Positions 8,514 to 16,687 of a DNA stretch of 64,000 nt are shown one piece after another (position 1 is the first letter of the stretch; each line of letters opens with the position of its first letter). The stretch covers positions 11,287 through 75,286 of the forward strand of contig CAKOKR010000002.1 of NCBI GenBank assembly GCA_934095965.1. The letters are read 5' to 3'. The notes below the pieces were generated by a model. It had not been told where the DNA came from. It saw only the letters and a program-made list of their open reading frames with translations, and did not search any database. Source of the DNA: an uncultured Bacilli bacterium. GTDB taxonomy: Bacteria; Bacillota_I; Bacilli_A; RF39; UBA660. Position numbers and translations under genes: made by a program.

Positions 8514-8643
8514 ATCTTTTTAAGTGAATTGATACCAATATCACATACCCTTTTTTATAAGCTCCCCCACTAGCTTAATTTAATTATATAGCCTTTACTT
8601 TCACTTTGCAATATATTGACATATATTTTTCAATTAATTGACA

Positions 8644-9327
8644 CTACTTTACTAATTCTTGTTTTAGCTTTCTAACAACTTTTTTTTCAATTCTTGAAAT
8701 ATATGACTGACTAATACCAAGCATTTCAGCAACTTCTTTCTGCGTATATTCATTTTTATTATTAAGTCCATACCTTAAAGTCATTATTTCTTTATCTCTA
8801 TCAGGTAAATTTAGGATTTCTTTACTTAATAATTCCTTATTAACTTTTTCTTCATATTCTTGTTCAATCATATCTTCATCTGTGCCAAGTATATCTTCAA
8901 GATGCAATTCATTGCCAGATTCATCATAATTTAGAGCATCATCCAAAGAAACTTCACATCTTTTCTTCTTATTTTTCCTAAGAAACATAAGTATTTCATT
9001 TGAAATACAACGTGATGCATAAGTTGCAAGCTTTATATTTTTATCAATCTTATAAGTATTAATTCCTTTGATTAAACCAATTGAACCAATACTTACTAAG
9101 TCTTCAATATCATATGTAGTATTCTCATACTTTTTAGCAAGAAATACAACAAGTCTTAAATTATGTTCAATCAAAATATTTCTAGCATCAACATCGCCTT
9201 CTTTAGCGCGTATTAAATATTTTAATTCTTCATCTTTATCTAAAGGTGGTGGTAACTTATCAGTTGCTCCAACAAAAAATACTTCACTATACTTTTCTCT
9301 TAACCATCTAATTAATCTTTTAAACAT
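8644..9327 (-). CDS. sigE: Sporulation sigma factor SigE (pro-sigma-E)
   Basis: LPPPLDKDEE, NLRLVVFLAKKYENT, KLATYASRCISNEILMFLRKN and GISQSYISRIEKK closely follow B. subtilis SigE. Sits directly after spoIIGA. Confidence 0.9.
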   Translation of the reverse strand: MFKRLIRWLREKYSEVFFVGATDKLPPPLDKDEELKYLIRAKEGDVDARNILIEHNLRLVVFLAKKYENTTYDIEDLVSIGSIGLIKGINTYKIDKNIKLATYASRCISNEILMFLRKNKKKRCEVSLDDALNYDESGNELHLEDILGTDEDMIEQEYEEKVNKELLSKEILNLPDRDKEIMTLRYGLNNKNEYTQKEVAEMLGISQSYISRIEKKVVRKLKQELVK

Positions 9328-10088
9328 ATATCCTCCAATATTTTATAATTTAATAAACACTGTGATTCACCTAAGTTAAATTCATCATTACTAATACCAA
9401 CCAAATAATTAGTAAGTATTATATCATTTACTTTAATATATTTTATTTTAAAACATTCAATCAACCCTTTCTTATTTAAAGCTTTATAGCTAACATACAT
9501 AGGACTTCTTATATTAATTAAATTAGCAAGTATTTTCCTAGATAAAATAATTACATATTTACCAGTAACAGGATCTCTTAATTTATTTCCCGTATCAACA
9601 AATCCACTACAACTAAATACCTTTCCATTACAAAAACAAATACTTACACTTAGATTATAATTATATGTACTAGCAAATTTTTTATGCTCTTTATAATAAA
9701 GATACAATACAAGTGGTGCCACAAATAAAAGTGCTAAATAATTAACACTAAATTTATCTGTTTGAAACTCTATATTTAAAAAATATAAAAAACCTCCAAG
9801 TATTACACTACACATATAAAGATACATCATATTATTTATAAAACTTTTTACACTTTTAAACCCAAAACCTATTATAATCATACCGACACTAAATAATATT
9901 TTAAGTAAAAATAATAGAATTTTATTTATCGGTATAAATAGTATTATTATACTTATAGTTCCAAACAAACTAGATCCAATTAACCTATACAATTTTGCAT
10001 GTCTTTTTAGTGTTACATCCACACACATAAGTAATAATAAATCATAACAAAAATTAATTACAATAACCAAATCTAAATATATTTTCAT
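9312..10088 (-). CDS. spoIIGA: Sigma-E processing peptidase SpoIIGA
   Basis: MKIYLDLVIVINFCYDLLLL N-terminus, five TM segments, and an aspartic-protease motif FVDTGNKLRDPVTG. Confidence 0.9.
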   Translation of the reverse strand: MKIYLDLVIVINFCYDLLLLMCVDVTLKRHAKLYRLIGSSLFGTISIIILFIPINKILLFLLKILFSVGMIIIGFGFKSVKSFINNMMYLYMCSVILGGFLYFLNIEFQTDKFSVNYLALLFVAPLVLYLYYKEHKKFASTYNYNLSVSICFCNGKVFSCSGFVDTGNKLRDPVTGKYVIILSRKILANLINIRSPMYVSYKALNKKGLIECFKIKYIKVNDIILTNYLVGISNDEFNLGESQCLLNYKILEDICLKD

Positions 10089-10159
10089 TATCCCACCAGT
10101 TTAATTATACTAAAAAAAGCAACAGTAATTTGTTGCTTTATGTCGAATGCTTTTAATTT

Positions 10160-11221
10160 TTAATAATTGTCGCTTCTTAAGAATGGTGGAATTTCATATT
10201 CATCATCAACTTCTGGTGTACTTCTTCTTTTTTGAACATGAACATCATCATTAAATAATGCTTCATCACCAACATCTTTATCAAAACCTGTAGCTATAAC
10301 AGTAACAATAACTTCATCAGTTAAATTATCATTTTTAATTGCCCCGAAGATAATATTTACATCTGAATTAGCTGCTTCTCTGACAGTTTCAACAGCATCT
10401 TCAATTTCAAATAATGTAAGATTTTTTCCACCAGTTACATTGACAATAGCATTTGTTGCTCCTTCAATAGTTGCTTCCAAAAGTGAATTAGATACCGCTT
10501 GTCTAGCAGCTTCAATCGCTCTATTTTCACCAGCATTACATCCGATACCAATAATTGCAGTACCGCTTTTTTCCATAACAGTTTTAACATCTGCAAAGTC
10601 AAGGTTAATAACTCCAGTAACAGCAATTAAATCTGATATTGATTGAACACCTCTATGTAATACATTATCCACTTCTTTAAATGCATCATCAAAACTTGTT
10701 GTTTTATCAATTAAATCTCTTAATCTATCATTAGGTATAATAATTAATGTATCAACATGTCCTTTTAGTTCTTCCAAACCAACTAAGGCATTTTCCATTC
10801 TCTTTTTACCTTCAAATCTAAAAGGTTTAGTAACAATACCAACAGTTAAAGCTCCCATTTCTTGAGCAATTTCTGCAATAATTGGAGCAGCTCCAGTACC
10901 AGTTCCACCACCTAAACCACAAGCAACAAATACCATATCTGCTCCTTGTAATGCTTCTTCTAATTCATTTTTACTTTCAAGTGCTGCAGCTCTACCAACT
11001 TCAGGATTTGCTCCAGCTCCTCTACCACCAGTAATATTCTTACCAATTTGAATTTTATTTTGACATAATGAAGAATTTAATACTTGTAAATCAGTATTAA
11101 CTACATAAAATTCTACACTTTTAACTCCTTCATCAATCATTCTGTTAACGGCATTGCATCCGCCACCACCTACGCCAATTACTTTTATCTTGGCAATTTG
11201 ATCCATCTGTAATCCATTCAT
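10160..11221 (-). CDS. ftsZ: Cell division protein FtsZ
   Basis: [13 protein letters not shown] and [12 protein letters not shown] tubulin signature. Confidence 0.97.
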   Translation of the reverse strand: MNGLQMDQIAKIKVIGVGGGGCNAVNRMIDEGVKSVEFYVVNTDLQVLNSSLCQNKIQIGKNITGGRGAGANPEVGRAAALESKNELEEALQGADMVFVACGLGGGTGTGAAPIIAEIAQEMGALTVGIVTKPFRFEGKKRMENALVGLEELKGHVDTLIIIPNDRLRDLIDKTTSFDDAFKEVDNVLHRGVQSISDLIAVTGVINLDFADVKTVMEKSGTAIIGIGCNAGENRAIEAARQAVSNSLLEATIEGATNAIVNVTGGKNLTLFEIEDAVETVREAANSDVNIIFGAIKNDNLTDEVIVTVIATGFDKDVGDEALFNDDVHVQKRRSTPEVDDEYEIPPFLRSDNY

Positions 11222-11236
11222 ATTCTCATTCTCCCT

Positions 11237-12478
11237 CTAGTTATCAAAAAAGTAACCAAATAATTTTCCTAATAAAGAATCTTCATTGATATTTACTTTT
11301 TTATGTATTCCACTTAATTCTTCTTGTTCTTCTATATCAAATATAGAAAAATCTCTATTTCGTAAAGTTAACCTACTATCATAATACTTAATCAATCCTA
11401 CACTTGTAGCATATTTATTATGTCTAGCTCCAATTTCTGTAACATTACCAACAGTAGCATTATCAAAAACATAACTAAGTATATTTTTAAAATCTGCCAT
11501 TTCTGTTACTCCCCCTGTAACAATTATATAACTAATTTCCTTTTTTGTTAAGAGATTTATTTGTTTTTTTACTAAATTAAGCAATTCTTCCAATCTTCCC
11601 ATAACAATTTCACTAGCATCAAACTGATTAACTTTAATTTTATCACCATTTTTATTCTCTAATATTACTGATTCACTTGGTAAAGCTTTTGTCTTATCAG
11701 CTAAAGCAATTGATTCCTTTAAATACATTGCATCTTTTCTATTAATTTTATAAACGTATCCTAAATCATAATCAATAGAATCTCCACCCATATCTATTAC
11801 TTCACAACCAGTTAAGATACCTTTATTAAATATTGCAACACTACTCTTAGATGCTCCGATATTAACAACAGCACCAACTTCAGTACTATTTTTACTGTTT
11901 TTAAATTCAAAGTAATCACCCATTGAACCAATTGTTACATCAATTACAGTAACTCCAAGTTTTTCTAAACACTTAACTATTCCATTAACATTTTTCTTAG
12001 GTACTGTTCCAACTACAACTTTTACCTTTAGTTTTTCTGCATGCATATTTAATGGAGAATCTGTAACTATACTATCATCTAGCAAAAACTTTGTGGGAAG
12101 TAATGCTACGATTTCTCGTGTTTCCATAACTTTGTTGTAAACTGCAGATTGCATTGATCTAATAATATCATTACTACTAACTAAACCTGTCTCATTATTA
12201 ATGGAAGTATAGCCTTCACTTAAGAAACATTCCAAATCATTCGCAGGAACACTGGCAATTACCTTTGTAATCTTTAGTCCAATCTGTTCTTCACCCTTTT
12301 TAAAAACATCACTCAAGGCTTCAATAGCACTTTCAGGATTAATAATAAATCCTTTTTTAATTCCTCGTGCCGGAGTATCCACACATGCTAAAATATTTAA
12401 CTTATTACGAACTATTTCACCCACTACAAGTTTTATAGTGTGATTACCAATGTCTAAACTAGCAATAATTCTTCGCAT
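11237..12478 (-). CDS. ftsA: Cell division protein FtsA
   Basis: Actin-like ATPase (LDIGNHTIKLVVGE, DMGGDSID, VTGG) immediately upstream of ftsZ. Confidence 0.9.
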   Translation of the reverse strand: MRRIIASLDIGNHTIKLVVGEIVRNKLNILACVDTPARGIKKGFIINPESAIEALSDVFKKGEEQIGLKITKVIASVPANDLECFLSEGYTSINNETGLVSSNDIIRSMQSAVYNKVMETREIVALLPTKFLLDDSIVTDSPLNMHAEKLKVKVVVGTVPKKNVNGIVKCLEKLGVTVIDVTIGSMGDYFEFKNSKNSTEVGAVVNIGASKSSVAIFNKGILTGCEVIDMGGDSIDYDLGYVYKINRKDAMYLKESIALADKTKALPSESVILENKNGDKIKVNQFDASEIVMGRLEELLNLVKKQINLLTKKEISYIIVTGGVTEMADFKNILSYVFDNATVGNVTEIGARHNKYATSVGLIKYYDSRLTLRNRDFSIFDIEEQEELSGIHKKVNINEDSLLGKLFGYFFDN

Positions 12479-12614
12479 GCACTACATCTCCTATTACCTT
12501 ATAACTAATTATATCGAAAAAACAATATTCTTGCAAGGGTCTAACAAATATTTTTGAAAAAAAAGAAATAAAAAAAAGACAAATTATACAAAATTCATCT
12601 TTTTTAATACATTT

Positions 12615-13853
12615 TTATAAATCTAAACTATTTTCATTTAATAAAAATTCATAAATGTTCATAAAAATAACACCATCTTCATTTCTGTAAACATCTACAC
12701 CATCTTTGGTAATAATAATCTTTTTAAAAAAGTCATTAACATTTAATAAAGGTCTTAATTCTTGTTCCTTTTTACTTTCATCACTAACACTTAATGCTGA
12801 TTGAATATAATATTTTTTACTACCAAAATTACAAACAAAATCAATTTCAGTTTGTTTCTTATTATCTTTATCTCTAACTTCAACTACTCCAATATCAACC
12901 AAATATCCTCTTTTTCTTAATTCATTATAAATTAAATTTTCCATTAAATGAGTTTCTTCGACTTGTCTAAAATTTAAAAATGAGTTTCTTATTCCTAAAT
13001 CAGAAAAATAAAATTTATACGGAGTTTCAATATATTTCTTACCCTTTATATCATATCTTTTAGTTTTTTCTATTAAAAAAGCATCTTCCAAATAACTTAA
13101 ATATTTAAAAATAGTTTTATCAGTCATAGTACTTTTATTATCCCTATTCATAAATGATTTAGATAATTTTAAAGGATTAGTTAATGAACCAACTGCTGAA
13201 GATACAATTTCAACTAAATAATTAAATTTTTCAACATTTTGAATATTATTTCTTTCAATTACATCTTTCATGTAAGTTCTAGTTCGCTCTTGTTCCAAAT
13301 ATTTTATTTTATTATTATTAGTTCTATTTAAAACAGTCAAAGGTAATCCCCCATAAGTTAAATACTCACTCAATGCTTCTTCTCTACTTTTACTACTAAT
13401 ATTAAAGAATTCTTTAAATGACAATGGATACATTCTTATATCATCCCCACGTCCACGAAACTCAGTTATAATATCACTAGATAAAAATTTAGAATTACTA
13501 CCAGTTACATAAATATCAACATTCTTTTTTAATAATCCATTTAAAACAGGTTCAAAGTCGCTTACTTTTTGAACTTCATCAAGTAAAATATAGTATTTAT
13601 CACTATCAATAATTTTATCAGTAATATACTTATATAAATCATGACCATCTAATAAATATTCATTCTCTATTGAATCAAGATCCAACTTTATAATATGACT
13701 TTCTCCTACCCCACTATCCAACAAATAGTTTTTAAACATTGGATCTAACAAATATGATTTTCCACATCTTCTTATACCAGTAATAACCTTGATTAATCCA
13801 TTATTTTGTTTTTCAATCAATTGATTTAAATAATAATCTCTGTTTATATTCAT
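12615..13853 (-). CDS. AAA-family ATPase with DUF4143-type C-terminal domain
   Basis: Walker A GIRRCGKSYLL, Walker B YILLDEVQ, and a C-terminal region typical of ATPases of the DUF4143 type. Confidence 0.7.
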   Translation of the reverse strand: MNINRDYYLNQLIEKQNNGLIKVITGIRRCGKSYLLDPMFKNYLLDSGVGESHIIKLDLDSIENEYLLDGHDLYKYITDKIIDSDKYYILLDEVQKVSDFEPVLNGLLKKNVDIYVTGSNSKFLSSDIITEFRGRGDDIRMYPLSFKEFFNISSKSREEALSEYLTYGGLPLTVLNRTNNNKIKYLEQERTRTYMKDVIERNNIQNVEKFNYLVEIVSSAVGSLTNPLKLSKSFMNRDNKSTMTDKTIFKYLSYLEDAFLIEKTKRYDIKGKKYIETPYKFYFSDLGIRNSFLNFRQVEETHLMENLIYNELRKRGYLVDIGVVEVRDKDNKKQTEIDFVCNFGSKKYYIQSALSVSDESKKEQELRPLLNVNDFFKKIIITKDGVDVYRNEDGVIFMNIYEFLLNENSLDL

Positions 13854-13861
13854 ATTTCCTC

Positions 13862-13970
13862 CATTCCGAATTTTTTCCGTTTTGTACCTAAATTCGTAAT
13901 ATAATTATACAATATATCTTGATTTTTGTCAATTTCATTCCGAATTTTTTCCGTTTTGTACCTAAATTCG
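13862..13970. repeat. Two perfect 35-bp direct repeats (13862-13896 and 13936-13970), each containing a palindrome, flanking the ATPase promoter
   Basis: CATTCCGAATTTTTTCCGTTTTGTACCTAAATTCG occurs twice. Copy 2 extends to a perfect 12-bp inverted repeat CATTCCGAATTT...AAATTCGGAATG. Confidence 0.9.
13904..13932 (-). promoter_or_regulatory. Sigma-A-type promoter for the ATPase gene (TTGACA-17-TATAAT)
   Basis: Minus strand has TTGACA (13932-13927), a 17-nt spacer and TATAAT (13909-13904), lying between the two 35-bp repeats. Confidence 0.6.
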
Positions 13971-14014
13971 GAATGAAACTTATTTTAAATTAATAAATAT
14001 AACTCCTAACATAA

Positions 14015-14449
14015 CTAGAAAAAAAAACAATCATTTGTAAAATGTTCATAGACTTTTTCATTAGAAAGTAGTCTAGAAAACATACTTATTGCTAAATGAA
14101 TATATGCTATTACATCAAATGTATATAAATATGATTCACTATAACTTTTTCTTAAAGTAATTAAATTATCCATTAAACTATATGCTTTATCTATTCTTAC
14201 ATTAGATATTAAAGAATCATCTCTTACTACATAATGCCATTTAACAACCTTTAAAAAAGACATTCCCTTTATATTTTTTAAAACATTTAAGAAAAATATT
14301 AAATTTTCAATTTCATATGCTTCATCTAAAAAATATATATCATTAATAACTTCTTTTTTAAATAATTTTCCCCATGAACATGGTGCAACAAACATCATAT
14401 TTTTAAAATTCGTGAAATGAAAAAGTAATATTAAACAATAATCCTTCAT
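14015..14449 (-). pseudogene. Probable remnant of a family-2 glycosyltransferase (C-terminal half only)
   Basis: APCSWGKLFKKEVINDIYF...EIENLIFFLNVL resembles the post-catalytic part of GT2 enzymes. There is no N-terminal DxD domain and no room for one before the divergent gene. Confidence 0.3.
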
Positions 14450-14454
14450 ATAGT
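14428..14454 (+). promoter_or_regulatory. Possible sigma-E-type sporulation promoter
   Basis: ATATT (14428-14432), 14 nt, CATATAGT (14447-14454), compared with the remembered sigma-E consensus ATATT-14-CATACAnT. Confidence 0.3.
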
Positions 14455-14481
14455 TAAATAGCTTTAGATGGAGGAAAAATT

Positions 14482-14976
14482 ATGATTAACAAACAAAATT
14501 TATGGTTCGTTACTTTATTTTCACTAATTTTAGTACTAGGAATTTATTATGTAACAATGAAAGATGAAAGTCTAACTGTATTATCCGGAGTAAATGATGT
14601 ATCTGATGTAATCGAAGTAAAAGAATCTGATGTAATTGTTGCACTTCAAGTCGAACAAGATGAAACAGTTTTAAAAGAAATGAACGAATATCAAAATATC
14701 TTACTTGATGATAAAGCTACAATCGAAGAAAAAAATGATGCTTACAATGCACTACAATCATTAAACAATTCTAAAAGCGAATGTGAAAAAATCAAAAAAC
14801 TAATCGAAGAAAAATTTAAACTAGATAATTTTGTTAAAATTGAAAATGATAAAATAAGTATTACAGTTGCAAGTAAAGACCATAATAAAGAATTAGCTAA
14901 CAACATTATCAGAGAGGTTCAAAATTTATATGATAAACAAAAATACATCACAGTAAAATTTCAGGCAAACTCCTAA
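14482..14976 (+). CDS. SpoIIIAH-like sporulation protein
   Basis: N-terminus MINKQNLWFVTLFSLILVLGIYYV parallels B. subtilis SpoIIIAH (MLKKQTVWLLTMLSLVVVLSVYY, from memory), followed by an acidic extracytoplasmic domain. Confidence 0.5.
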   Translation: MINKQNLWFVTLFSLILVLGIYYVTMKDESLTVLSGVNDVSDVIEVKESDVIVALQVEQDETVLKEMNEYQNILLDDKATIEEKNDAYNALQSLNNSKSECEKIKKLIEEKFKLDNFVKIENDKISITVASKDHNKELANNIIREVQNLYDKQKYITVKFQANS

Positions 14977-14988
14977 ACATATTTATAA

Positions 14989-15021
14989 ATACTTCATATA
15001 ATATTATGAAGTATATTTTAT
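14989..15021 (+). terminator. Hairpin terminator after the SpoIIIAH-like gene
   Basis: 10-bp perfect stem ATACTTCATA/TATGAAGTAT, 6-nt loop, then ATTTTA. Confidence 0.5.
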
Positions 15022-15033
15022 AAGGAGTTAAAG

Positions 15034-15243
15034 ATGAAAAAGAAAATACTAACAGACCGAGAACAAGAAGTATTTGAATTACTTATTAAAAATAAATCAA
15101 CATTTGAAATAGCAAAAAAACTAAATATCAGTGAAAAAACAGTCCGCAATCATATATCAAATGCCATTCAAAAACTTGGAGTAAAAGGAAGAAGCCAAGC
15201 AATAATTGAATTAATAAAACTCGGAGAACTACAAATAAACTAA
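15034..15243 (+). CDS. gerE: GerE/LuxR-family HTH transcriptional regulator (single-domain)
   Basis: 69 aa. LTDREQEVFELL...EIAKKLNISEKTVRNHISNAIQKLGV matches the GerE-type HTH and size. Confidence 0.7.
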   Translation: MKKKILTDREQEVFELLIKNKSTFEIAKKLNISEKTVRNHISNAIQKLGVKGRSQAIIELIKLGELQIN

Positions 15244-15261
15244 AGACTTCGGTCTTTTTTT
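15242..15261 (+). terminator. Rho-independent terminator
   Basis: AGAC-TTCG-GTCT followed by T7. Confidence 0.7.
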
Positions 15262-15296
15262 ATTATTTTATAATATAATTAATTAGGTGTTTAAAA

Positions 15297-16229
15297 ATGA
15301 TAAAGAAATCTTCTATAAGGCGTATCTGCGTTGCAACTCTTGCACTATTTATTTTATTAATAATTTATTTTTTTCCAACCAAGGATTTTAAAACAACAAA
15401 AAACCTACACTATATCAAAGATAATGAAATGCCCATATTTTTAAAAGATAAAAATAATTATGTTGCAAGAACTACCATTATTAAAAAAAGTAATAACACA
15501 ATTGACCAAGTAAAAGAAATAATCAAAGATTTAACTAAGAATTCAAGTAACTCAAGTTACATCCAAGATGGATTTACACCACTAATACCAGAAAACACTA
15601 AAATAATTGATTTAAATCTAGATAAAGAAACTCTTACCATTAATTTTAGTAAAGAACTTTTAAATGTTGATAAAGAAAATGAAGAAGACATGATCGAAGC
15701 AATAACCTATTCTATCCTTGAAATAAAAGAAATAACTAATATAAAGATTAACATCGAAGGAAAACCTCTTGAATATTTACCAAATTCTAACATAAAACTA
15801 CCAAATACTTTTGATAAAACATATGGAATAAATAAAATATACAATATTGATTCATATAAAAATACAACAAAAACTACAATTTATTATTTAAGTAAATATA
15901 ATGATTCATATTATTATGTACCAATTACTAAAATAGAAAACACTAATAAAGAAAAAGTAGAAATAATTATTAAAGAATTAAAAAGTACTCCGATATATCA
16001 CACAAACTTAATAAGTTATTTAGCATCATCTACTAATTTAACAAATTATGAAATACTAGAAAACAATATTAAGTTATCTTTTAATAATAACTTAATAGCT
16101 AACATTAACAATAATGAAATGATTGAAACTGTAAAGTATTCGATTGCTCTATCCATCAGAGATACATATGGATATAATGACATTTCCTTCAAAATATTAG
16201 ATAATCCTGAGATAAATCTATCTATTTAA
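15297..16229 (+). CDS. GerM-like sporulation/germination protein (GerMN domains)
   Basis: N-terminal anchor, then two repeats of the LxINFSKELL / IKLSFNNNL pattern typical of GerMN domains. Confidence 0.45.
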   Translation: MIKKSSIRRICVATLALFILLIIYFFPTKDFKTTKNLHYIKDNEMPIFLKDKNNYVARTTIIKKSNNTIDQVKEIIKDLTKNSSNSSYIQDGFTPLIPENTKIIDLNLDKETLTINFSKELLNVDKENEEDMIEAITYSILEIKEITNIKINIEGKPLEYLPNSNIKLPNTFDKTYGINKIYNIDSYKNTTKTTIYYLSKYNDSYYYVPITKIENTNKEKVEIIIKELKSTPIYHTNLISYLASSTNLTNYEILENNIKLSFNNNLIANINNNEMIETVKYSIALSIRDTYGYNDISFKILDNPEINLSI

Positions 16230-16261
16230 TAAAAAAAATTATAAAAAGTAACAAAAACTAC

Positions 16262-16290
16262 TTGCATTAACTAAAAAAGTATACTATAAT
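16262..16290 (+). promoter_or_regulatory. Sigma-A-type promoter for tRNA-Arg
   Basis: TTGCAT, 17 nt, TATAAT, ending 22 nt before the tRNA 5' end. Confidence 0.6.
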
Positions 16291-16312
16291 AAATCTATCA
16301 GTTGAAGGAAAT

Positions 16313-16389
16313 GTCCTGGTAGCTCAGCTGGATAGAGCAATCGCCTTCTAAGCGATCGGTCGTGAGTTCGAATCTCGCCCAGGACACCA
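16313..16389 (+). tRNA. tRNA-Arg (anticodon UCU), CCA encoded
   Basis: Cloverleaf by eye. Acceptor GTCCTGG/CCAGGAC, D-arm GCTC..GAGC, anticodon stem ATCGC/GCGAT with loop CTTCTAA, T-arm GTGAG-TTCGAAT-CTCGC, then ACCA. Confidence 0.95.
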
Positions 16390-16400
16390 TTTTAAAAATT

Positions 16401-16427
16401 AAGTCTTATTCAAAAGACTTTTTTTTG
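16401..16427 (+). terminator. Terminator after the tRNA
   Basis: AAGTCTT-attcaa-AAGACTT followed by T7. Confidence 0.7.
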
Positions 16428-16464
16428 TTGTTAAAAATCCCGACAGATCGCATTAAACACTATA

Positions 16465-16494
16465 CAAAAAGACCAATCAAATTGATTGGTCTTT
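16465..16494 (-). terminator. Terminator after the nrdD glycyl-radical ORF
   Basis: AAAGACCAATC-aaa-GATTGGTCTTT with a T-run on the minus strand. Confidence 0.7.
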
Positions 16495-16503
16495 AACTAT
16501 TTA

Positions 16504-16686
16504 TTAAGCATGAACTTTTTCTTTTACTTTACTAGAGAAAGTATGTTTAACTCTATCATGTTCTTCTGCTCTTTTTCCGTTATTAAATCTTTCAACTGTA
16601 CCAACTAAATAACCAGTAATTCTTCTAATTCTTTCAAATTCAACTCCTTCACCAGTTACTCTTTCTTTTTTTATTTCTTCTTTCAT
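16504..16686 (-). CDS. nrdD: Stand-alone glycyl-radical domain of anaerobic ribonucleotide reductase (NrdD C-terminus as a separate ORF)
   Basis: RIRRITGYLVGTVERFNNGKRAEEHDRVKH is the NrdD RxxGY glycyl-radical motif plus the NxGKxxE..R.KH tail. The ATG lies 1 nt after the stop of the large ORF, with AAGGAAAGGA upstream. Confidence 0.8.
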   Translation of the reverse strand: MKEEIKKERVTGEGVEFERIRRITGYLVGTVERFNNGKRAEEHDRVKHTFSSKVKEKVHA

Positions 16687-16687
16687 A

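Noticed and set aside
13862-13970. Whether the 35-bp direct repeats represent a minimal CRISPR array.
   Set aside because: There are only two copies. The 39-nt spacer is a consensus promoter for the adjacent gene. There are no cas genes and no further repeats.
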